Part shown: positions 27,787 to 36,127 of the stretch, in pieces | Layout: each line of letters begins with the position of its first letter | Numbering within the stretch: position 1 is the first letter of the stretch | Origin: an uncultured Candidatus Saccharibacteria bacterium | Lineage (GTDB): Bacteria; Patescibacteriota; Doudnabacteria; UBA920 | Length of the DNA: 64,000 bases | Reading direction: 5' to 3' | Assembly: GCA_964348935.1 (NCBI GenBank) | Contig: CAYGEJ010000004.1 | Span: 4,538 to 68,537 of the forward strand | The notes under the pieces: model-generated | The model's input: only the letters and a program-made list of their open reading frames with translations | Told to the model about the DNA's origin: nothing | The model's database searches: none | Made by a program: the position numbers and the translations under genes

Positions 27787-29121
27787 TTACTTATTCAAAT
27801 CACTAATATCCTTTTCATACTTTGCGGTTAAATTCATTACACTGTCTCCGTAAAATCTAAACCGAGCATTCGTAGAACCGGAAAAATAGCGCATAGCTGC
27901 ATTCCATTGCCCTTGGTAAGTTCCGTCGGCTCCACCAGCTACCAACTTAATAGCAGAAGCAGCAAACGCGTCACGAATATCCCATGGGTTAGCCGGGCTT
28001 TTCCCGGTCAGCTTTGCCACTTTGTCTTTGTATCCCATCCAAGTCGATGGAATGAATTGTGCCGGCCCCATAGCTCCGCCCCAACCTACCTGGTTACCAT
28101 TCTTGTCTTTCATAGCACAGGACACCGGTGTAATATCCGGATTCATACCAAGTTCTTGAGTAATTTGTTTAAATGGCTCCTGGTCACGACTAGGCTTCAT
28201 AACCGCTCTCCACGATTTACTTTCCGGGTCACCCAAACGGTTACAAGTCCCCACGTTTTTTCCAAGATTAGATTCCTGAGTTAATATTGCTAATAAAAAA
28301 GCTGGGTTAATTCCTGTCGCGCCTTGTGCCCACTTGGCAATTACCAAAGCTTCGCCAAAAGTAATTTGCCCGCTTATACCTAGCAACTGATAAATTCTTC
28401 CACTAATTTCACTTGCCCGAGCTTTAGTGTCGTTTAAAGTAATTTGGTAGTCTAACTCACGTCCTTTTGTTTGTTGTAGAATTTGATTTTGTTCGCTTAC
28501 TGAACTGGTCAGCTGCACTTGTTGGAGCGACTTAATTGCAAGTAAATTTTTTGCCTCTTCTTGTTTATCACTCAAGTCTTGCTTATCTGTCTCTAGTTGA
28601 GTATTGGTAACTTTAATTTGATTTACTATATCACTCAATCCTTTATTTAATTGTACAAAATCTTGATATACACCAAACACCTCTGACAAATTCTTTTTGC
28701 TCACTACAGTAAATACAAAAGGACTATCATCATTTTGGTTGATAACTCGTATAACACTAGCCATTTGGGCTTTTAAATTATTAGATTTTTTTATATTTTG
28801 ATTAATTGAGTTTTCAGTAGAAGAAATTTTTCCGCTAAGCTCTGCAACTTGTAAATTAGTAGACTTAATTTGTAAATTTAAAACATCTTGCTGTTTTTTC
28901 AAAGCTTTAATTTTATTGGCTAAAGTATTTTTTTGCGCTGTGGTTTGACTTAGTTGTTTCTGCAAGTCATCTATTTGACCTTGTAATTCTTGTAGTTGTC
29001 TTTGAAGTTCTGTCTGCTCTGCAATTTTATCAATTGGATTTTGGGCAAAAATTTGATTGGAATTTAATACCAACCCAAGAAATAAAAAAATTAATATAAA
29101 AAATTTTATTTTAGTTTTCAT
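27787..29121 (-). CDS. Secreted coiled-coil protein with a C-terminal lytic-transglycosylase (SLT/lysozyme-like) domain
   Basis: Signal peptide. About 250 aa of Q/L-rich heptad coiled coil. C-terminal AFLLAILTQESNLG catalytic Glu-Ser motif of SLT domains. Confidence 0.6.
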   Translation of the reverse strand: MKTKIKFFILIFLFLGLVLNSNQIFAQNPIDKIAEQTELQRQLQELQGQIDDLQKQLSQTTAQKNTLANKIKALKKQQDVLNLQIKSTNLQVAELSGKISSTENSINQNIKKSNNLKAQMASVIRVINQNDDSPFVFTVVSKKNLSEVFGVYQDFVQLNKGLSDIVNQIKVTNTQLETDKQDLSDKQEEAKNLLAIKSLQQVQLTSSVSEQNQILQQTKGRELDYQITLNDTKARASEISGRIYQLLGISGQITFGEALVIAKWAQGATGINPAFLLAILTQESNLGKNVGTCNRLGDPESKSWRAVMKPSRDQEPFKQITQELGMNPDITPVSCAMKDKNGNQVGWGGAMGPAQFIPSTWMGYKDKVAKLTGKSPANPWDIRDAFAASAIKLVAGGADGTYQGQWNAAMRYFSGSTNARFRFYGDSVMNLTAKYEKDISDLNK

Positions 29122-30217
29122 TTATTTCTCCTTTCCCTATTGCTTCAGAAATATTTCTGTAACCGTCTTTTGCTAAAAGCTTCACTAAACCTATATTTAT
29201 TTCGTTAATTAACTGCGGACCTTGAAAAACCATTCCAGTAATTAATTGGAGCAGCGTTGCACCAGCTTTTATTTTTTTATAAGCATCATCTGCCGAAAAT
29301 ATTCCACCTGCTCCAATAATTAGTTTAGTTCCATTAAAATACTTATAAACTTTAGCTATTAAATTATTTGCTAATTCATCCATTAACTTACCAGAAAAAC
29401 CTCCCTTACCTAAATGCCCAACAGCATTTTTCTTTGTTAAGTTTGAACAAACAAATCCATCTATTGAAAAACTTTTACACACCTCTAATATTTTAAATAA
29501 CTGTTCGTCCGTTAAGTCAGGTGAAAGCTTTATAAATATTGGTTTACTTTTAGTAATACTAAAAATTTTATTTAAAAGAAGTTGCAAATTTTCTGGCTCA
29601 GCAAATATTGGTTTTTCTTCGCAGGTATTCGGACAACTAATATTAATAGTAAAATAATCGCCAATATCTTTAAAGGTTTTATAAGTAAAAAAGTAGTCTT
29701 CTACCCCAACACTTACCTGTGAAGTTTCTGGTGCGTTTGTCTTGGCAATACTAATCCCAACAGGAAACTCCCATTTTTGCCCTGCTAATTTATTATAAAG
29801 CTCCACTGCGCCTAAATTTTTAAGCCCATAATTTACCCTCAATGATTGTTGCTCGGGAAGCCTATACAACCTTGGTTTAACATTCCCTTGGTATGGAAGT
29901 GCAGTAAAAGAACCAATTTCTTCGTAACCAAAACCAACACTTGGTAAAATACTCATTAACTTAGCGTCTTTGTCAAACCCAGCAGAAAGCCCAATTGGGT
30001 TTAAAAATTGTATACCGAGAACATTTTGTTCTAAAGCTCGATGTTTAAAATTTAAAAACCAACTGGTAATTTTTTTAAGCACCCAAAATTTTCCTAAAAA
30101 ACTGCCAATACTTGAGACAAAATCGTGAATATTTTCTGGATCAAATAAAAAAAATATAGGCTTGGCAAAGTTTCTATAGGTAAAACCAATAGCTATATTT
30201 AGAATTTGTTTAGTCAT
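29111..30217 (-). CDS. pyrD: Dihydroorotate dehydrogenase (quinone), class 2
   Basis: N-terminal membrane-association helix. GFDKDAK, NISCPNT and the C-terminal GAGGIFSADDAYKKIKAGATLLQL FMN-binding pattern. Confidence 0.85.
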   Translation of the reverse strand: MTKQILNIAIGFTYRNFAKPIFFLFDPENIHDFVSSIGSFLGKFWVLKKITSWFLNFKHRALEQNVLGIQFLNPIGLSAGFDKDAKLMSILPSVGFGYEEIGSFTALPYQGNVKPRLYRLPEQQSLRVNYGLKNLGAVELYNKLAGQKWEFPVGISIAKTNAPETSQVSVGVEDYFFTYKTFKDIGDYFTINISCPNTCEEKPIFAEPENLQLLLNKIFSITKSKPIFIKLSPDLTDEQLFKILEVCKSFSIDGFVCSNLTKKNAVGHLGKGGFSGKLMDELANNLIAKVYKYFNGTKLIIGAGGIFSADDAYKKIKAGATLLQLITGMVFQGPQLINEINIGLVKLLAKDGYRNISEAIGKGEINEN

Positions 30218-30291
30218 ATTAACCTCTCCTTTATTATAGCAATTTATTCGTATTTATAGTACAATATAACAGTATTTTTAATCTTTAATTT

Positions 30292-31221
30292 ATGAATTCA
30301 AAAATTGTTACCGTTGGGCTTATACAAAGCAAAGTTTCTGCCGACATTAAAGAAAATGTTTCCAAAACAGAAAAAATGGTGCGTACAGCTGCTAAAAAAG
30401 GCGCCCAAATTATTTGCCTGCAAGAACTTTTCCAAACTCCTTACTTCCCACAATGGGAAAAAATGGACAAAGAGCAATACGCCGAAAGTTTAACCGGTTT
30501 TACTACTTCCGCCATGCAAAAGTTAGCAAAAGAACTTGGCGTGGTTATTGTTGTACCGATTTATGAAAAAGGTGATGACGGAAAATTTTACAATACCGCT
30601 GTGGTGTTTAACGAAACCGGAAAGATGCTTGGCAAGTACCACAAAATTCACATTCCACACGACCCGGGTTTTTACGAAAAAGAATATTTTGAGGAAGGTA
30701 TGAATGGTTACAAAATATTTAAAACCAAATTTGGTACTTTTGCAGTACTTATTTGTTTTGACCAATGGTTTCCAGAAGCCGCCCGCGAGGTCCGTTTGCA
30801 AGGAGCTGAAATTATTTTCTACCCGACCGCAGTTGGAAATATAATTGGTTATAAACCCGAAGGCGACTGGCACGACGCTTGGGAAACTATTCAGCGAGGT
30901 CACGCTATTGCCAACAGCCTCTATGTAGCTACTGTTAACCGCACCGGACGAGAAGGCAAAATGCAATTTTACGGACAAAGCTTTGTAAGCGACCCGTTTG
31001 GTAAAATTTTAAAACGCGCCAGTAAAGACAAAGAAGAAATAATAGTCCAAAAATTAGACTTAGATCGAAATACTTTTTTTGCCGAAGGCTGGGGCTTTTT
31101 ACGCAACCGCAGACCCGACACCTATAAAAATTTGGTGGCTAACAAACTTATTAAAAAATCTAAGAACCTACAAAACGTCGCCCACTACGAAGAAGAAAAA
31201 CGCGCACTAGGACAACTCTAA
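30292..31221 (+). CDS. aguB: Carbon-nitrogen hydrolase family amidase (N-carbamoylputrescine amidase-like)
   Basis: Nitrilase-superfamily Glu-Lys-Cys triad context (ICLQELF...KIHIP...LICFDQWFPE). Adjacent to the agmatine deiminase gene. Confidence 0.75.
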   Translation: MNSKIVTVGLIQSKVSADIKENVSKTEKMVRTAAKKGAQIICLQELFQTPYFPQWEKMDKEQYAESLTGFTTSAMQKLAKELGVVIVVPIYEKGDDGKFYNTAVVFNETGKMLGKYHKIHIPHDPGFYEKEYFEEGMNGYKIFKTKFGTFAVLICFDQWFPEAAREVRLQGAEIIFYPTAVGNIIGYKPEGDWHDAWETIQRGHAIANSLYVATVNRTGREGKMQFYGQSFVSDPFGKILKRASKDKEEIIVQKLDLDRNTFFAEGWGFLRNRRPDTYKNLVANKLIKKSKNLQNVAHYEEEKRALGQL

Positions 31222-31225
31222 CCAT

Positions 31226-32299
31226 ATGGCAGACACACCAAAAAAATTAGGCTTTGTAGCACCAGCAGAATGGGAAAAACATTCTGCTATTTGGCTTGCT
31301 TGGCCACACGACACCGTTACCTTTGGCTCTCTTAACGAAAAAGGAGAAAAGCTAAATAAAAAACGCCTACCTTTGGTAGAGCAAAAATACATAGAAATTA
31401 TTAAGGCTATATCTCCTACCGAAGACGTTGAACTTTTGGTGTTAAATGAGGAAATGCAAACCAAAGTTACCAAAATGTTAACCGAGGCAGAAGTTAATTT
31501 AAAAGACGTTAGCTTTACCATTACCGACTACGCCGACGTTTGGCTTCGCGACTACGGCCCATTTTTTATTAACAACACTTCAATTCACGAACAAGGCTGG
31601 GTAAAATGGACTTACAACGCTTATGGAGAAAAATTTGAAGGCTTACTTAAAGACAATGAAGTATTTTTAAAGTTGCGCGGTAGTATTGGCAAACGTATGT
31701 TTGAACCAGAAATAGTTTTAGAAAGTGGCGCTTTCGACGTTAACGGCAACGGCATTGTACTAACTAGCGAACAATGTTTACTAAGCCCAAACCGCAACCC
31801 ACACTTAACTAAACTAGATTACGAAAAATATTTTTCCGATTTTTTAAGCGCCAAAAAAACTATTTGGTTAAAAAACGGACTTGTTGGTGACCATACCGAC
31901 GGCCACATAGACGAAATTGCTCGCTTTGTTTCTAAGGACACTATTGTTTGTGCTTATGAGGAAGACGAGAAAAACCCAAACTTTGCAGTACTAGATGAGA
32001 ACTTTAAACTTTTAGAAAAAGCCACTGACCCAGAAGGTAACAAATTTAAAATAATAAAACTTCCACTTCCACATTTAACTTATAGCAACGAGGAGCCGGT
32101 CCCTGCTTCCTACACCAATTTTTATATTGGTAATGAAGTAGTACTCGCCGCTGTGTTTAAAGACGAGAACGACAAGAAGGCAATTGAAATATTGAAAGAA
32201 TGTTTTCCAGACCGCAAAATTGTTCCAATAGATTGTAGCCAAATTATTTATGGTGGTGGTGCCATTCACTGTATGACTATGCAACAGCCTGCAGTCTAG
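31226..32299 (+). CDS. aguA: Agmatine deiminase
   Basis: WLRDYGP motif. C-terminal GGGAIHCMT catalytic Cys motif of the agmatine deiminase / PAD family. Confidence 0.85.
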   Translation: MADTPKKLGFVAPAEWEKHSAIWLAWPHDTVTFGSLNEKGEKLNKKRLPLVEQKYIEIIKAISPTEDVELLVLNEEMQTKVTKMLTEAEVNLKDVSFTITDYADVWLRDYGPFFINNTSIHEQGWVKWTYNAYGEKFEGLLKDNEVFLKLRGSIGKRMFEPEIVLESGAFDVNGNGIVLTSEQCLLSPNRNPHLTKLDYEKYFSDFLSAKKTIWLKNGLVGDHTDGHIDEIARFVSKDTIVCAYEEDEKNPNFAVLDENFKLLEKATDPEGNKFKIIKLPLPHLTYSNEEPVPASYTNFYIGNEVVLAAVFKDENDKKAIEILKECFPDRKIVPIDCSQIIYGGGAIHCMTMQQPAV

Positions 32300-32396
32300 G
32301 TTATAGATGTTAGGTTTTAGGAAAAAAATAAATTACAAAAAAATAAGGCAGTCCCGCTGTTGTAAGCGGGACCGCCAGAAACTCAGATGATGAGTG

Positions 32397-32690
32397 TTAG
32401 TCGTATTTGTACATAAAAGCGAATGTTGACGTGGCAAGAATATCTACACTCTCACCAGCGGGAATAATCACCGACTGCCCTTCAACAAAAGGGCAACAAT
32501 TAATAGAACAAAAACCTAGCGTAACGGTCATCTTCCTCTTGCGAGGGTTAGGCTCCAAACTATACGCGTTAAACTCATTGCCGGGGTCAAATACCCCAAT
32601 CTCGTAATCGGAAAAATTGATACTGAAGCCAATGCTCCTAATTCTATTCTCGCCCAATCTGTTCCTCTTTCTGTCTTTTAGACAACTCAA
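32397..32690 (-). CDS. Hypothetical protein (97 aa)
   Basis: ORF with a terminator hairpin (CAGTCCCGC...GCGGGACCG) on its 3' side. No motif. Confidence 0.35.
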   Translation of the reverse strand: MSCLKDRKRNRLGENRIRSIGFSINFSDYEIGVFDPGNEFNAYSLEPNPRKRKMTVTLGFCSINCCPFVEGQSVIIPAGESVDILATSTFAFMYKYD

Positions 32691-32884
32691 TATATCAACA
32701 TTTTCAACTATTGTCTAGAGGCAATGCATCTGTTAAAATAATTTTGTCCTCTATAGGAGGGCAAGTAATTAATCCTTTTCGCAAATACCCGAACAAAGTC
32801 TCCCGACAAATTGGGATCTGAAGGTCACGAGGCTCCGCAGTTCAGCGGAGTAAAAATTAGCGGAAAGAAAGGGATTTTAAAAAA

Positions 32885-33982
32885 ATGGCAAACACAAAGT
32901 TTAATAAGCTATCTCGGGAACTAAAAAAACATATAGTTCCAGACAAGCGCAAAAGCACTGGCACTCTTAGCGAGAATATTAAAAAAGCAAAGACACCAGT
33001 TAGTACCTTTGCAGAAAAAACTCTAAACCATTTAAACGGTGGTTCTACTTTGCAGTCCGCATTGTGGCTTAAGGAACACATAAAAAATGGCGGTAAGTTA
33101 GTAGTTACACTTGCTGGTGCACTTAGTTCCTTCCAAGTTGGAGTAATGCTCGCCGAGTTAATAAGACAAAACAAAGTTCACTTAGTTTCCGCTACCGGGG
33201 CTAACCATGAAGAAAGTTATTACCGCTACGTTGCGCATTCTCACTACGCTAACATTCCTCGCTATACCGAATTAACTCCCGACCAAGAGGCAGAACTGCG
33301 TGATGCCGGACTTAGAAGAATAACCGATACCTTCTTACCAGAAGACGAAAGCGTACGCATAATGGAACCACATTTATTTAAAATGTGGCAAGAAGCCGAG
33401 GCAAAAGGTGAAAGCTATTTACCACACGAATATTTTAGACGTCTTTTTAAAGAAAACTTAATTAAGGCCGACCCACAAGCTAACCCAAAAGACTGCTGGA
33501 CTCTAGCAGCTTACGAAAAAAACATTCCAATAGTTGTTCCGGGTTTTGAAGACTCAACTATGGGTAATATTTTTGCTAGCTACACTTACAATGGGCCACA
33601 CAAACCAAAAGACCTTCCAACTGTTTCTCCAACAGTTATGAAGTCTGGACTCGACTACTTTCACTTAATGTACGATTGGTATATGAAAGAAAGCAAAACC
33701 GCTCCTATTGCCTTCTTGCAACTTGGTGGTGGAATTTCTGCCGACTTTCCAATTTGTGTAGTACCTTCACTTAAGCATGACTTAGGCATTCGCAAAGTCC
33801 GTGACTGGGCAGGCTTTATAGAAATAGGTTCCTCCCCAATGTCTTACGGTTCCTACTCTGGCGCTGGTGGTAAAGAAAAAATTACTTGGGATAAACTTTC
33901 TACCAGCAGTTACTACCAAATAATTCAAAGTGATGTAACCGTAGCCTTCCCATGGATAGCCGCTGTATTACTAGGATTATAG
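32885..33982 (+). CDS. Deoxyhypusine synthase-like protein (DHS / homospermidine-synthase-related)
   Basis: 365 aa with a DHS-family NAD-binding pattern (VTLAGALSS..., VSATGANHEE, PGFEDSTMG). Confidence 0.8.
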   Translation: MANTKFNKLSRELKKHIVPDKRKSTGTLSENIKKAKTPVSTFAEKTLNHLNGGSTLQSALWLKEHIKNGGKLVVTLAGALSSFQVGVMLAELIRQNKVHLVSATGANHEESYYRYVAHSHYANIPRYTELTPDQEAELRDAGLRRITDTFLPEDESVRIMEPHLFKMWQEAEAKGESYLPHEYFRRLFKENLIKADPQANPKDCWTLAAYEKNIPIVVPGFEDSTMGNIFASYTYNGPHKPKDLPTVSPTVMKSGLDYFHLMYDWYMKESKTAPIAFLQLGGGISADFPICVVPSLKHDLGIRKVRDWAGFIEIGSSPMSYGSYSGAGGKEKITWDKLSTSSYYQIIQSDVTVAFPWIAAVLLGL

Positions 33983-33991
33983 TTTACTAAT

Positions 33992-34024
33992 AAAAACCCT
34001 TCCGTTAACGGAAGGGTTTTTATT
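33992..34024. terminator. Bidirectional intrinsic terminator (AAAACCCTTCCG TTAA CGGAAGGGTTTT)
   Basis: 12-bp perfect inverted repeat. Confidence 0.65.
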
Positions 34025-34044
34025 ATATAATACTTTATATAATT

Positions 34045-34335
34045 TTATTTTTTAGGAAGTCCCCACTGCCAGCGAGGCGCTTCCCCTTTTTTATAACAAA
34101 TACGAATAAGGGTAATTGTTAGCAATATAATTGGCAGTAATGCAGTAAACAAAATTTCATTCTTTGGTGAATTATTATCTACTGTAAAAGCGAACACAAA
34201 CACTAACGCAATATAACCAAGTACTACTACCCAGCCTTGCCATGTTACTGGCGTCCAACCCCAACCATAAATTTTTCTTTTAAACCACAAGTGCTCAGGG
34301 TTATTTTTATAATACTCTACATAGTCTTTAAGCAT
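34045..34335 (-). CDS. Small membrane protein (96 aa), hypothetical
   Basis: Two TM helices. Upstream extended -10 element (TGTATAAT) on the minus strand. Confidence 0.5.
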   Translation of the reverse strand: MLKDYVEYYKNNPEHLWFKRKIYGWGWTPVTWQGWVVVLGYIALVFVFAFTVDNNSPKNEILFTALLPIILLTITLIRICYKKGEAPRWQWGLPKK

Positions 34336-34535
34336 ATATTTTTAGATTAATTATTAATATTTATAGGCTTACTTTGTTATATTATACATCAAGTTAACTG
34401 TGGACAACTCAACTTGAGTATGGTATAATAGTGGTACAAAAACCTGTCAACCGAACTGTCTACGTATGTGGGCGTGGCTAGGACAACTAGTCTAGGAACG
34501 TGGTTGGAAAATACCCTTAATTGGGTATTTTTTTA

Positions 34536-35159
34536 TTACCTAAATTTCCATTCATCTTCAATGTGTTTTTTAATTACTGATTTATAATCATTCGCATCAT
34601 TTTTACCAGAATAAGATCGGTTTATACTTCCTGCAATCATATCCGCCATTTGAATTAATACATTACTCTTAGAATCCTCCATTCTGCACTTCTTCATTAC
34701 TATTCTTTCTCTATTATTTAATTCTCTGCGTAAATAAGACAAAAAAGTTCTTCTAAAAACTCTATCCCCACTTCCGTCTATTTTAATTTTTGCATCTAAA
34801 ATTTTACCATCATTATGTTTTAATACCTCTTTGATAAAATAACTATAAAATTTATCTTTCTTAGTTTTTAATTCATCACTTCGAATTAAATTCTTTTCAA
34901 CCACCAATGTCCTCATACGAAAATTAAATGGCTTAATTTTATTTAAAAATTTTAATCTTATTTCACTATTCAGTTTAAAAAAGCGAAACTCTCTATAGTC
35001 AGCCCAACCCAATTCACTACGCAATTCTTTAATAGCAACTGCCACTTTCTCGGCTTCCAGCTCATCATCAAAAATAACCATTGCAATAATAAAAAAGTCC
35101 GTTGAGCCTTTTCCTAATTTAAATCCTGCATCTCCAGAATCATCTATAAAAACTAACAT
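34536..35159 (-). CDS. DUF3800 domain protein (last gene of the candidate defense operon)
   Basis: N-terminal MLVFIDDSGD motif and the C-terminal QMADMIAG motif typical of DUF3800. Confidence 0.65.
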   Translation of the reverse strand: MLVFIDDSGDAGFKLGKGSTDFFIIAMVIFDDELEAEKVAVAIKELRSELGWADYREFRFFKLNSEIRLKFLNKIKPFNFRMRTLVVEKNLIRSDELKTKKDKFYSYFIKEVLKHNDGKILDAKIKIDGSGDRVFRRTFLSYLRRELNNRERIVMKKCRMEDSKSNVLIQMADMIAGSINRSYSGKNDANDYKSVIKKHIEDEWKFR

Positions 35160-35189
35160 ATAAAACCTAATACTAAATTATTAATATAT

Positions 35190-35429
35190 CTACCTATGTG
35201 GGCAACCTGCCCAGCAACACGGCCGGCGCATTCCACCCGAAAGTTTAGATACCGCTTTTTCTATTCGTATTCCCCTAGTCTCTTGTTTCTTGCCACTAGT
35301 TACCCAACAAACCCATTCGTTCTTAGCCAATGGAGTAACACTCTCCCAAACCACCTTTGCCTTTGGGCTAGCCATAATAGCCTTACCCAAATCCCCAGGC
35401 ACACTATGTATTTTTTCTTTTTTGGTCAT
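35190..35429 (-). CDS. YdeI/OmpD-associated (bacteriocin-protection) family small protein
   Basis: PGDLGKAIMASPKAKVVWESVTPLAKNEWVCWVTSGKKQETRGIRIEKAVSKL matches the YdeI C-terminal family pattern. Start trimmed to MTKKEK to avoid overlap with the Mrr gene. Confidence 0.55.
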   Translation of the reverse strand: MTKKEKIHSVPGDLGKAIMASPKAKVVWESVTPLAKNEWVCWVTSGKKQETRGIRIEKAVSKLSGGMRRPCCWAGCPHR

Positions 35430-35439
35430 GGGATTTAAA

Positions 35440-36117
35440 TTAAATTTTTCTTGTACCTTTGCATTCTGGAAATTTTGAGCAGCCATAGAATTCACCAAAT
35501 TTTCCATTCCTTTTAACCATCGGGCTTTTACAAATTGGACATAAAATAGTTTCTGCTTTGCCAGGTATGGCAAAACTATCCATTTTTGCTTTTTCTAATA
35601 AATCTGCCAATTTAAAACCATCAATGAGTTCAATAGGTTTACTTTCGGCAAACTTTTCTGCTTCTAATGTAAATTTATTTGTTGTAATAAAAAAGCCTTT
35701 TGCCTGAGCTCCTTTATCTGCCATTGCTCCATAAAAATCCCTTACAGCACTAACAGGAACTTGCTGGGTAATAAATTTTTTACATTGGATATAATGTTTA
35801 ACTCCATTTTTTTCCGCTACTACATCTATTCCGCCATCATAAGCAGAGCCAGTTACTTCAACTATAAACCCAAGATTTTCAAACATATGGGCAATATATT
35901 GTTCAAATTCTTTTGGGCTTAAATCTTGTAACCATTTTATTAAACTTCTACCGCTTCTGTATTTTTCACCAATACTAAATTTTCTTTTTCTATTCCATGC
36001 GCCTATAATAACAGGTCCTATTTCACGAATTACCCAAACAACAATTATAAAAGCTAAAAACGGCCAAAAGGTTTTTAAAATATTTTCTATAACATTTCCC
36101 AAAAAATCTGGTTGCAT
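35440..36117 (-). CDS. Mrr-family (Mrr_cat) restriction endonuclease with an N-terminal TM helix and a C-terminal topoisomerase-type C4 zinc ribbon
   Basis: Mrr catalytic core (FENLGFIVEVTGSAYDGGIDVVAEKNGVKHYIQCKKF, D-x(n)-D/E-x-K-type). C-terminus CPICKSPMVKRNGKFGEFYGCSKFPECKG. Confidence 0.75.
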   Translation of the reverse strand: MQPDFLGNVIENILKTFWPFLAFIIVVWVIREIGPVIIGAWNRKRKFSIGEKYRSGRSLIKWLQDLSPKEFEQYIAHMFENLGFIVEVTGSAYDGGIDVVAEKNGVKHYIQCKKFITQQVPVSAVRDFYGAMADKGAQAKGFFITTNKFTLEAEKFAESKPIELIDGFKLADLLEKAKMDSFAIPGKAETILCPICKSPMVKRNGKFGEFYGCSKFPECKGTRKI

Positions 36118-36127
36118 AAAAATAAAA

